From an uncultured Clostridia bacterium (GTDB lineage Bacteria > Bacillota > Clostridia > Lachnospirales > CAG-274): a stretch of 64,000 nucleotides of DNA. The stretch spans positions 36,887-100,886 of the forward strand of contig CANRIS010000005.1 in assembly GCA_947630725.1 (NCBI GenBank), given 5' to 3'. This document shows positions 47,824 through 55,371 of the stretch, piece by piece. The notes below the pieces were generated by a model. It saw nothing but the letters and a program-made list of their open reading frames with translations, did not search any database and had not been told where the DNA came from. How positions within the stretch are numbered: position 1 is the first letter of the stretch; each line of letters begins with the position of its first letter. Made by a program: the position numbers and the translations under genes.

Positions 47824-49002
47824 ATGATATTTTCAAGGGATTACAGTCGGGCTATACTGACCCTCAGACAGGAGGAGGGAGGCTTTTCCGCTGAAAACGG
47901 CGTATTCGGGAGAGCTGTGGTAGAAATAAGAAACGGCAGAGCAAGAGTGATGGTATATGCCCAAGGACTGAAAAGCGGCAGTATGTGCAGTCTGTATTTT
48001 ATATGCAGAAAGAAGGACGACTTTGTGCCTCTGAAAGCCGTTCTGGTGAATACAAAAAACGGCAGAGCCGAGGTAAAGTGGGAATTTAACCCCGATAATA
48101 TACTCGGCAGCGGACTCAGAATAGAGGACGCGGCGGCAATGGCGGTACTTACCGAAAAGGGGGAAGCTGTTCTTGCGGCATATTTTGACAAGCCCGTAAA
48201 CTGGAGGGCGCATAGTGCTTACAGCGTGGAGGCAGCCTCCGAAGCGATCTGCGAGACTGCAAAGGAGGATAAGGCAGACGGCGCTGACTGTGCCGACAAT
48301 GGCGAAAATAAGGAATCTTCGGCAAAATCTGCTGAAACCGAAACATCGGAAGTATCACAGGAAGTACCCGAAAACGATGGGTCGCAGACTGTAGGTACGG
48401 AAAACAATACGGCAAATAATGCCGAGAGTAATACCGAAAACAATACCGAAAACAATACCAAAAACAATACCGAAAATAATGACGTATCGGATAATGGGGA
48501 TACTGCGAAAGGCATTCTCGATTTTACAAAGGCGGTTAACCGTTTCAGAAAGGATCTGGATGAGCTTAGGCGATACGCATATATGGAAAAGCTCGACAGG
48601 CAGGAGGCGGAACGCCGAAAAACGCCATGTATGACTGATATGGAGTATCTCTTTGAAAACAGGGAGGAAATACGCCCCTTTGAGAACAATAGCGGAAGAT
48701 ACAGAAAGATCGGACTGAGAGATCTGAGCCTTATAGACAGGTATGTATATAAGTATGAAAACAATCCTACTGTCATTCGCCGTTGGCTTAAGTATGGGTA
48801 CATTGTTTTGGGAGAAAAGGACGGGGAGCTGCTTTTGCTTTTGCCCTGCGAAAAAAATAAAGAACGAGCGGATGCGGAAATAGGATTTGACGGATTTATG
48901 GACTGCGGCGGCGGTTTCGGGTACAGTGTTCTGAAGATAAAAAAGGAGAATGGAGCTTGGTATGAGGATACGAAAGAAAAACTGGACGCAAGACGAGCTT
49001 GA
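47824..49002 (+). CDS. hypothetical protein (N-domain, acidic/Asn-rich low-complexity linker, C-domain)
   Basis: 392-aa ORF with no family recognised. Central ENNTANNAESNTENNTENNTKNNTENN region. The 3' end overlaps trmB by 41 nt. Confidence 0.55.
   Translation: MIFSRDYSRAILTLRQEEGGFSAENGVFGRAVVEIRNGRARVMVYAQGLKSGSMCSLYFICRKKDDFVPLKAVLVNTKNGRAEVKWEFNPDNILGSGLRIEDAAAMAVLTEKGEAVLAAYFDKPVNWRAHSAYSVEAASEAICETAKEDKADGADCADNGENKESSAKSAETETSEVSQEVPENDGSQTVGTENNTANNAESNTENNTENNTKNNTENNDVSDNGDTAKGILDFTKAVNRFRKDLDELRRYAYMEKLDRQEAERRKTPCMTDMEYLFENREEIRPFENNSGRYRKIGLRDLSLIDRYVYKYENNPTVIRRWLKYGYIVLGEKDGELLLLLPCEKNKERADAEIGFDGFMDCGGGFGYSVLKIKKENGAWYEDTKEKLDARRA
48430..48477 (+). repeat. 12-bp in-frame tandem repeat (4 units) inside the hypothetical CDS
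   Basis: AATACCGAAAAC x2, AATACCAAAAAC and AATACCGAAAAT, encoding NTEN repeats. Confidence 0.9.
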
Positions 49003-49618
49003 AAACAGCAAATTTCTGATAAGACAGCCCGATGAATACAAGGGTCGCTGGAAGGAAAAATTCGGCAGCGAGAACCCTCTGCACGTAGAGATCGGCTGCG
49101 GAAAGGGCAAGTTTGTTGCCGAGATGTCAAAGGCCAATCCCTGCATAAATTATATAGGCATAGAAAAATTCACGCTTGTCGCAGCGAGAGCCATAAGAAA
49201 ATGTAAGCTTTTGGAGGCAGGCGACAACGTGTTTATTATGTCTGTGGACGCAGAGGAGATCGAAAATATTTTTGACCCCGGAGAGGTGAGCAGAATATAT
49301 CTCAATTTTTCCGACCCGTGGCCAAACAGAAAAAAATGGATCAAAAAAAGACTTACGAATGAGAAATTTCTTCAGAGATACGAAAACATATTCGGAAATA
49401 AGGGAGAAATATTTTTAAAAACAGATAACAGAGAATTTTTTGAGTTTTCGCTTCAGTCCTTTTCGGAAAAAGGCTGGATACTTAGGAATATAAGCCTTGA
49501 TCTTCACAACAGCGGTTTTGAGGGAAATATAATGACCGAATATGAATCGAAATTTTCGGAACAGGGAATGCCCATATACAGGCTTGAGGCATATTATAAT
49601 AAAAAAGAAGAAAAATAA
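48962..49618 (+). CDS. trmB: tRNA (guanine46-N7)-methyltransferase
   Basis: MRIRKKNW start. LHVEIGCGKGKFV SAM motif. FSDPWPNRKKWIKKRL. Confidence 0.9.
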   Translation: MRIRKKNWTQDELENSKFLIRQPDEYKGRWKEKFGSENPLHVEIGCGKGKFVAEMSKANPCINYIGIEKFTLVAARAIRKCKLLEAGDNVFIMSVDAEEIENIFDPGEVSRIYLNFSDPWPNRKKWIKKRLTNEKFLQRYENIFGNKGEIFLKTDNREFFEFSLQSFSEKGWILRNISLDLHNSGFEGNIMTEYESKFSEQGMPIYRLEAYYNKKEEK

Positions 49619-49666
49619 AAAATCGGGCTTGCGGCTGTTTTTCCGCTCTGCTGCCCGATTTTTTTG
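49618..49666 (+). terminator. intrinsic terminator after trmB
   Basis: AAAATCGGGC ... GCCCGATTTTTTTG. Confidence 0.7.
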
Positions 49667-49884
49667 TAAATTAAATTTTGAGTTCGTTCTGTTAACCGAT
49701 ATTTTTTTGGCTGCCAAACCCTGAGTTCATGGAAAGAAATGCTTTCGCATTTCTCCCTACTCGAATTGTAATTTTATTGTCTTGCCGATATGAGCGCCGA
49801 CTGCCGTACTGCGGCTTTTGGCGCTTATAGGCATAAGCTTGTGTATGTGTATGCCTGACGTTTTTGACGCAGGCTTTTAGTTTT

Positions 49885-50754
49885 TCAGTATATTTTTATG
49901 GAATATTCCGCCTCGAAGGTCTTGCCCGAATCAAGGCTTTGCTCTCCGTATTTATCCTTAAGCTCTCCGCTAAAGCCCATATTGTCGCAGCGTCCTATCC
50001 ATGGTTCGAGACACACATACGGAGCGCCCGAACGGGGTTTTGACCAAAGTCCGAAGGAGGGAAAGCCATCACATTCCAAAGTTATATATGGGCTGCCATC
50101 GGGATAGAGAACAGAGGCTCTTTTTATCTGAAAATCGTCAAATATAAGGGCATCGTTGTCGAACAGGTTTTTGCTTATCCTGAATTTTGCGGGTATTGTG
50201 TGAGGATTTTTGTAGTCAACAGATCCTGTGGCTCCGTCAATAAGAACATAGCTGAGACTGCCTTCCCCAAGGCTTATATAATAGTCCGTCTGCTTTGTAT
50301 CGGGCAGTATGGGGCAGTTGAACGCAGGATGAGCGCCTATAGAAAAATACATAATATCTTCTCCGATATTCTTTACGTCCCAATGTACTCTTATGGAGCT
50401 TTCTTCAAGAGTATGCGTTATTTTGAGTTCAAAATCAAAGGGGTATACTTTTTTTGTATTGTCATCGGATCTGAGGATATGTATTATTTTTTTGCCGTCA
50501 TTTTCTGAAAATTCAAACATACTGTCCCTTGCGAAGCCGTGCTGTCCCATAGGGTATTTTATGCCCTTGTGAGTATAAAAGCCTCCGTTTACCTTTCCCA
50601 CGAAAGGAAAAAGCACGGGAGCGTGGCGGCTCCAATAGGCTGCATCGGCCTGCCACAGCACCTCATATCCCTTTTTCTTATCAAAAATGCCTGACAGCTC
50701 TGCGCCGAAGTCCGAGACCCTGACCTTTAAATATTCATTTTCCAAAATTCTCAT
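49885..50754 (-). CDS. aldose 1-epimerase-family protein (LacX-like)
   Basis: 289 aa. Motifs PVLFPFVGKV, GQHGFARD and IGAHPAFN, typical of the short aldose-epimerase family. Confidence 0.8.
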   Translation of the reverse strand: MRILENEYLKVRVSDFGAELSGIFDKKKGYEVLWQADAAYWSRHAPVLFPFVGKVNGGFYTHKGIKYPMGQHGFARDSMFEFSENDGKKIIHILRSDDNTKKVYPFDFELKITHTLEESSIRVHWDVKNIGEDIMYFSIGAHPAFNCPILPDTKQTDYYISLGEGSLSYVLIDGATGSVDYKNPHTIPAKFRISKNLFDNDALIFDDFQIKRASVLYPDGSPYITLECDGFPSFGLWSKPRSGAPYVCLEPWIGRCDNMGFSGELKDKYGEQSLDSGKTFEAEYSIKIY

Positions 50755-50785
50755 AATAAACCCTCCCTTTAAAATTTTTATACAG

Positions 50786-50814
50786 CAAAAATCCTCTCTT
50801 TATACAGAGAGGAT
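50786..50814 (-). terminator. intrinsic terminator after tRNA-Thr
   Basis: Minus strand: ATCCTCTCT-GTATAA-AGAGAGGAT followed by TTTTG. Confidence 0.7.
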
Positions 50815-50820
50815 CTTACG

Positions 50821-50892
50821 AGCTGAAGAGCGGAATTGAACCGCCGACCTACGCACTACCAATGCGTTGCGCTACCCCTGTGCCACTTCAGC
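50821..50892 (-). tRNA. tRNA-Thr (anticodon GGU)
   Basis: The minus strand reads GCTGAAG-TG-GCAC..GCGC-A-ACGCA-TTGGTAG-TGCGT-AGGTC-GGCGG-TTCAATT-CCGCT-CTTCAGC-T. This gives a 7-bp acceptor stem and a 5-bp anticodon stem with a U33-GGU-A37 loop. The T-loop is TTCAATT, and CCA is not encoded. There is one A-C mismatch in the D stem. Confidence 0.85.
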
Positions 50893-50902
50893 AAACAAAC
50901 GT

Positions 50903-50931
50903 ATTATATCATTATAAAGCCGTTTCGTCAA
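50903..50931 (-). promoter_or_regulatory. candidate sigma-A promoter for tRNA-Thr
   Basis: Minus strand: TTGACG (50931-50926), a 17-nt spacer, then TATAAT (50908-50903). It lies about 10 nt before the tRNA 5' end. Confidence 0.6.
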
Positions 50932-51266
50932 GACCTTTTTTTCATTTTGATAAATTTCAGGCATACCGATCCGAAACGGCGGTATCGTTTTGGGAATATA
51001 TGACTTTTTTTAACCGGATTTTTAATAGAGTGAGGTCGTTATTATGACTGATGAGAAAGGGCGCAGAGATCCTTCGCCTGCATATGGCAGAACAAAAAAC
51101 TGTTGAAAAAATTTTTTTACGGTTGTAAAATATATTTTGGAATATTTAATATTTAATATTTAACCTTATACGAACGAGAGTCGGAGGACGATATAATAAT
51201 GAAATCAGGCTTTTATGCCGTGGATACTGTGACGGAGGACGAGGGTCGCCAAAGGAGGATAAGCAT

Positions 51267-52487
51267 ATGAATACAACACCCAATTCAAACAGACTGCATA
51301 TAGGAATATTCGGCAACAGAAACGCAGGAAAGTCCACCCTTATAAATGCCCTGACATCTCAGAAGCTTGCCATAGTTTCGGATGTTCCGGGAACAACTGC
51401 CGACCCCGTATCGAAGGCTATGGAGCTTTTGCCTGTGGGACCCGTTGTCATAACCGACACGGCGGGGTATGACGACACGGGCGAGCTTGGAAGTCTCCGC
51501 ATGGATAAAACCTTGGAGCAGCTTGACAGGACGGAGCTTGCCATTATGGTTATTGACTGCACAAAAGGCATAACGGAGCGGGACAGAGACTTTTTTTTAA
51601 AGCTTAAGGAAAGAAAAATACCGACCATAGCGGCGTTTGGAAAGGCCGATATTTCGGACGGCTGCGACACGGGATTTTTCAAGGACAACGACACGGATTT
51701 TTGCTTTGTAAGCGGAAAGGACGGCAGGGGAATATCAGAGCTTAAGGAGCTTATTATAAAGCATTCAAAGGGGCTTGTGAAGGAAACATCGGTTGTTGAA
51801 GGGCTGATAGAGGACGGCGGCACGGCTGTCCTGGTGGTTCCCATAGACTCGGCTGCGCCAAAGGGCAGACTCATACTCCCTCAGCAGCAGACCATAAGGG
51901 CTATTCTTGACAAAAACGGGTTTGCGGTCGTTACAAAGGAAACAGGGGTTAGGACTGTTCTTGAAAATATGAAGAAAAAGCCCGATGTGGTTATCACTGA
52001 TTCGCAGGCGTTTGCAAGGGTGGCGGCAGACGTGCCCGAGGATATTCCTCTGACGTCATTTTCGATACTTTTCGCAAGGTACAAGGGAGAGCTTGAACCG
52101 CTTATAAAGGGCATAAACAGTACAGCGAAGCTAAAAAAAGGCGACAGCGTGCTTATATGCGAGGGATGTACCCATCACCGTCAATGTGATGATATAGGAA
52201 CGGTAAAGATACCCGGGCTTCTGGAAAAAATGCTTGGTTTTATGCCGCAGCTTTCTTTTGTCAGCGGAAGTGAATTTCCAAAGGAGCTTGAAAAATATTC
52301 TCTCATAATCCACTGCGGAGGCTGTATGCTTAATCAGGCTGAGATGAAATCGAGAATAAGGAGGGCTGTGGAGTGTGGGGTTCCCATAACAAACTACGGT
52401 ATGCTTTTGGCCTATGGAAACGGCATATTTGAAAGAGCGCTTAAGCCTATACCTGAGGCATATGAGCTTTATCTTAAGGGAAAATAA
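51267..52487 (+). CDS. hydF: [FeFe]-hydrogenase maturation GTPase
   Basis: GTPase motifs GNRNAGKSTLINAL and DTAG. C-terminal FeS-binding CxH...HCGGC pattern (CEGCTHHRQC ... IIHCGGCMLN). 406 aa. Confidence 0.85.
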   Translation: MNTTPNSNRLHIGIFGNRNAGKSTLINALTSQKLAIVSDVPGTTADPVSKAMELLPVGPVVITDTAGYDDTGELGSLRMDKTLEQLDRTELAIMVIDCTKGITERDRDFFLKLKERKIPTIAAFGKADISDGCDTGFFKDNDTDFCFVSGKDGRGISELKELIIKHSKGLVKETSVVEGLIEDGGTAVLVVPIDSAAPKGRLILPQQQTIRAILDKNGFAVVTKETGVRTVLENMKKKPDVVITDSQAFARVAADVPEDIPLTSFSILFARYKGELEPLIKGINSTAKLKKGDSVLICEGCTHHRQCDDIGTVKIPGLLEKMLGFMPQLSFVSGSEFPKELEKYSLIIHCGGCMLNQAEMKSRIRRAVECGVPITNYGMLLAYGNGIFERALKPIPEAYELYLKGK

Positions 52488-52666
52488 TGCCGTGGGCTTT
52501 TGTTATCATAAGAGGGACAATTTGAAACAATACCGAGGCTGAGCTTTTGAAAAAGCGATTCCTCAGACCGGCGCCTGTTTGCAGAAAATGCGGATAAACG
52601 CAAATATAATTGATTAATTTCCGTCAGTCAATGATATTCGTACTCCGCTTACGCTGCGTAACTCAT

Positions 52667-52780
52667 AACCGACAGCTTCTGACGAAGCCCTTGTATTCGG
52701 ATGGGAGCTTGCATCTCCCACCGAATACAATAGTAAGTACCCACCGCCTAAAGAGGCGGCGGCGGACTTACTTGTCGGTT
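52667..52780. other. candidate structured element: compact four-way junction (114 nt)
   Basis: Closing stem AACCGACA/TGTCGGTT (52667-52674 and 52773-52780) encloses three hairpins. These are 52675-52688 (5 bp), 52691-52730 (10+6 bp) and 52732-52772 (7+5 bp), with linkers of 0-2 nt. The strand and the nature (RNA or DNA) are unknown. Confidence 0.35.
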
Positions 52781-52880
52781 AAATAGTGTCAAATTTAAAA
52801 AAAACTATGTTCGCCCTCTTGATAAATGAAAATAATTTGTTATAATATATACTATATAGATTGTTAAAGGAGGTTTTCCT

Positions 52881-53393
52881 ATGCCGAGAGTTGCTATTCT
52901 TATGGGAAGTGATTCGGACTTACCTGTTATGGCGGACTGTGGAAGGATTCTTGACTATTTTGGCATAGACTATGAGGTGACTTTGGTTTCAGCCCACAGA
53001 ACGCCTCATCGTATGGTGGAGTATGCCGAAAAAGCAAAGTCAAGAGGTATAAAGGTAATTATTGCCGGGGCAGGCGGCGCCGCCCATGTGGCAGGAGTTA
53101 CTGCTGCTCTGACCACGCTGCCGGTCATAGGGGTTCCCATAAAAACAAATACGCTGAATGGGCTGGATTCCCTGTATTCTATCGTACAGATGCCATCAGG
53201 CATACCCGTAGCGACTGTTGCTATAAATGCTGCTAAAAATGCCGGTATTCTTGCAGCGAAAATTTTGGCTGTGTCGGACGACACTCTCACAAAAAAGCTT
53301 GAAGAATATCAGGAAAGTCTCAACAGCAGCGTTCTTGAAAAAGCCCAAAAGCTTGAAGATTTGGGATATGAAGAATATATGAGACAAATGTGA
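52881..53393 (+). CDS. purE: 5-(carboxyamino)imidazole ribonucleotide mutase
   Basis: [23 protein letters not shown] and [10 protein letters not shown] motifs. 170 aa. Confidence 0.9.
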   Translation: MPRVAILMGSDSDLPVMADCGRILDYFGIDYEVTLVSAHRTPHRMVEYAEKAKSRGIKVIIAGAGGAAHVAGVTAALTTLPVIGVPIKTNTLNGLDSLYSIVQMPSGIPVATVAINAAKNAGILAAKILAVSDDTLTKKLEEYQESLNSSVLEKAQKLEDLGYEEYMRQM

Positions 53394-53417
53394 AGGTAAA
53401 AAAAACAGGAGGTACTG

Positions 53418-53801
53418 ATGGATTATAATAAAATTATCGGCGCCAATATCAGGTATGAGAGAAAGCTCAGAGATATGACAATTGAAGAGTTGGCCGAGGT
53501 CATAGGTATGGCTCCCGGTTTTCTTGGGCTGATCGAAAGAGGCCAGAGAGGCACCACTATCAAAAATCTTTGCAAGCTGGCGGATTTCTTTTCGCTTACT
53601 CTTGACGATATGATTAAGAGGAGTCTGGAGGGATTTGCAGAGGGCAACAGAAAAACACCAAAGGAGCTTAAGCTTATGACTGCTATGAGCCTTATTGAAA
53701 ATATGGACGAGAAAGAGCTTGACTTTGTGGTGGAAATGATGAAAAGACTTATGAGATTCAGAGAAACCGACCCGGAGGACGAATTTGATCTTAAATATTA
53801 A
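53418..53801 (+). CDS. XRE-family helix-turn-helix transcriptional regulator
   Basis: N-terminal HTH_3 pattern (IGANIRYERKLRDMTIEELAEVIGMAPGFLGLIERGQRG). Confidence 0.8.
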   Translation: MDYNKIIGANIRYERKLRDMTIEELAEVIGMAPGFLGLIERGQRGTTIKNLCKLADFFSLTLDDMIKRSLEGFAEGNRKTPKELKLMTAMSLIENMDEKELDFVVEMMKRLMRFRETDPEDEFDLKY

Positions 53802-54053
53802 TTCTTCTTTATCGACGGAAGAATTATTTGCATTGAAAAATTGAAGTTTATAAAACAGGTATGACCGACAAATATATTTAAAGATATGTTCATAAGTATG
53901 TTCCGCTGCCCTATAGGGTGGTCGGCGCATACTTTTGTGTTATGCGGAAATATCCGAGACCTTCGGCTGAAAATACCTTCTACGAAAATTCTGCAAATTT
54001 TGAAAAGCCTCGGTTTTAGATATGGCATATGTCGAAAGGGGAGAAATGTGAAA

Positions 54054-54956
54054 ATGAAAAAAGGCAAAGAAAAAAGTATATTAATACTGTTGCATATTAT
54101 TGTTGTTCTGATTATAATGTCTCTTGCTTTTTCTTTGAGCGGCTGTATTGCAAACGGCATTTCAGCCATAACGGGCGGTAATGTATACATAAGCAGTATA
54201 GCTTATGCAGTATTATGTATAGGTATCGCATTATCCGCAGGACTGTTATACGCTAAGTATGTTTTGCATTTTACCTTTGAAGAAGTGGGGGTATGCCTTA
54301 AAGCGCCGCAGTTAAAGTGGGTTGTCGTGGGATTTGTTTTGCCGTTGGCAATAGCGGCGTTTTATATTATTTTTATTGACGGCAGCCTTATTAAAAATGA
54401 AAACGCCGTAAAAATATCGCCATATCTGTTCAATGCAATATTTATGGTAGGACTTACCGCAGGGGTCTGCGAGGAATTTGTCTTCAGAGGGCTGATAATG
54501 CGTACGCTTGAACGCTGCTGGAACAGTGTTGTGGCGGTGCTGGTTCCGTCCGTTGTATTTGGCTTTATGCACGCTTTTAATAAGGATCTGGGGCTTGTTG
54601 ATTTTCTGCTGCTTATGGTGGCAGGCACCTCTGTGGGAATAATGTTTTCGCTGATAGCTCTGCAAAGCGGAACAATATGGTCGGGCGCAGCAGTACACGC
54701 AATATGGGACGCAATTATAGGTCAGCTGATATTTATCACCGAGACTGCCGACAGTGGAACGGTTACAAATTATTTGTACAAATATGAGTTGTTAAGCAAA
54801 AATATTTGGCTGACGGGCGGAAGGTTTGGCGTAGAGTCGGCTCTGCCTGCCGTCGTAGGATATATATTGGTTTCCCTTATGGCTCTTGCCTTGATTCGGA
54901 AATTCCCAACGATCCGCAATAATCCCGAAGTGCAGGAAAATTCGGTATCCCCATAA
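54054..54956 (+). CDS. CPBP-family intramembrane glutamic protease (CAAX/Abi-like)
   Basis: Motif 1 EEFVFRGLI, motif 2 FGFMHA, motif 3 HAIWD. Multiple TM helices. Start taken at ATG 54054 (or GTG 54048) after AAGGGGAG. The longer ORF-track start at 53886 has no support. Confidence 0.8.
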   Translation: MKKGKEKSILILLHIIVVLIIMSLAFSLSGCIANGISAITGGNVYISSIAYAVLCIGIALSAGLLYAKYVLHFTFEEVGVCLKAPQLKWVVVGFVLPLAIAAFYIIFIDGSLIKNENAVKISPYLFNAIFMVGLTAGVCEEFVFRGLIMRTLERCWNSVVAVLVPSVVFGFMHAFNKDLGLVDFLLLMVAGTSVGIMFSLIALQSGTIWSGAAVHAIWDAIIGQLIFITETADSGTVTNYLYKYELLSKNIWLTGGRFGVESALPAVVGYILVSLMALALIRKFPTIRNNPEVQENSVSP

Positions 54957-55097
54957 AATAAAGCTTTGTTTTATTAAATAGCCGTTTTTAAAAAGTTTTC
55001 ATAAAAAAAGTATAGGACAGGGCTGTTATATTCATATGACTATATCTGATATTATATATAGGCTGCTTTTTGTTATATTCGGGGCTTGCATATCTTA

Positions 55098-55139
55098 AAT
55101 CGGCATAAAATCAATATCGTTAAGGTTTTGCCGATTTTT
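55098..55139 (+). terminator. intrinsic terminator downstream of the CPBP gene
   Basis: AAATCGGCA ... TGCCGATTTTT. Confidence 0.55.
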
Positions 55140-55371
55140 GCGCAGAGCCTTGTCACAGTGACGGAAAGCGGCTTTTTTATGTGTACGCAGCACAGGAGGG
55201 ACGCAGGTGGGCAGCATTTTTCGCATATTGTTCTGTTTGTCGGTCGGTTATTTTTTAATGATCTTCATTTTTTTTACAATAAAAAAAGGTGTTTTTTAAG
55301 CATTGGGTATGGTATAATGATAATAAGAAAATAATTCTGACCGAGACAATGTCGGCAGAGAAAGGAAGGAT

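Noticed and set aside
48219-49146. Long minus-strand ORFs of 303 and 263 aa, antisense to the hypothetical gene and trmB.
   Set aside because: They are Ser/Phe/Leu-rich low-complexity translations with no SD. They are mirror images of the Glu/Asn/Lys-rich sense frames and span two sense genes that have clear homology or structure.
50755-51266. Integration hotspot or prophage remnant next to tRNA-Thr.
   Set aside because: There is no integrase, no direct repeat of the tRNA 3' end, and no phage-like genes. The flanks are an aldose epimerase gene and hydF. The tRNA has its own promoter and terminator.
52488-52880. Purine (guanine/adenine) or ZTP riboswitch upstream of purE.
   Set aside because: I could not find the conserved strings I associate with these classes. 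For the purine aptamer these are ..TATAAT..GGATATGG..TTTCTACC..CCGTAAAT.. and for ZTP it is CCGCCTGGGC. The structured element present (52667-52780) has a different architecture.
55086-55334. An 82-aa ORF in the gap between the CPBP gene and the GHL10 gene.
   Set aside because: It spans a terminator hairpin and the predicted promoter of the downstream gene. It has no SD and an implausible composition.
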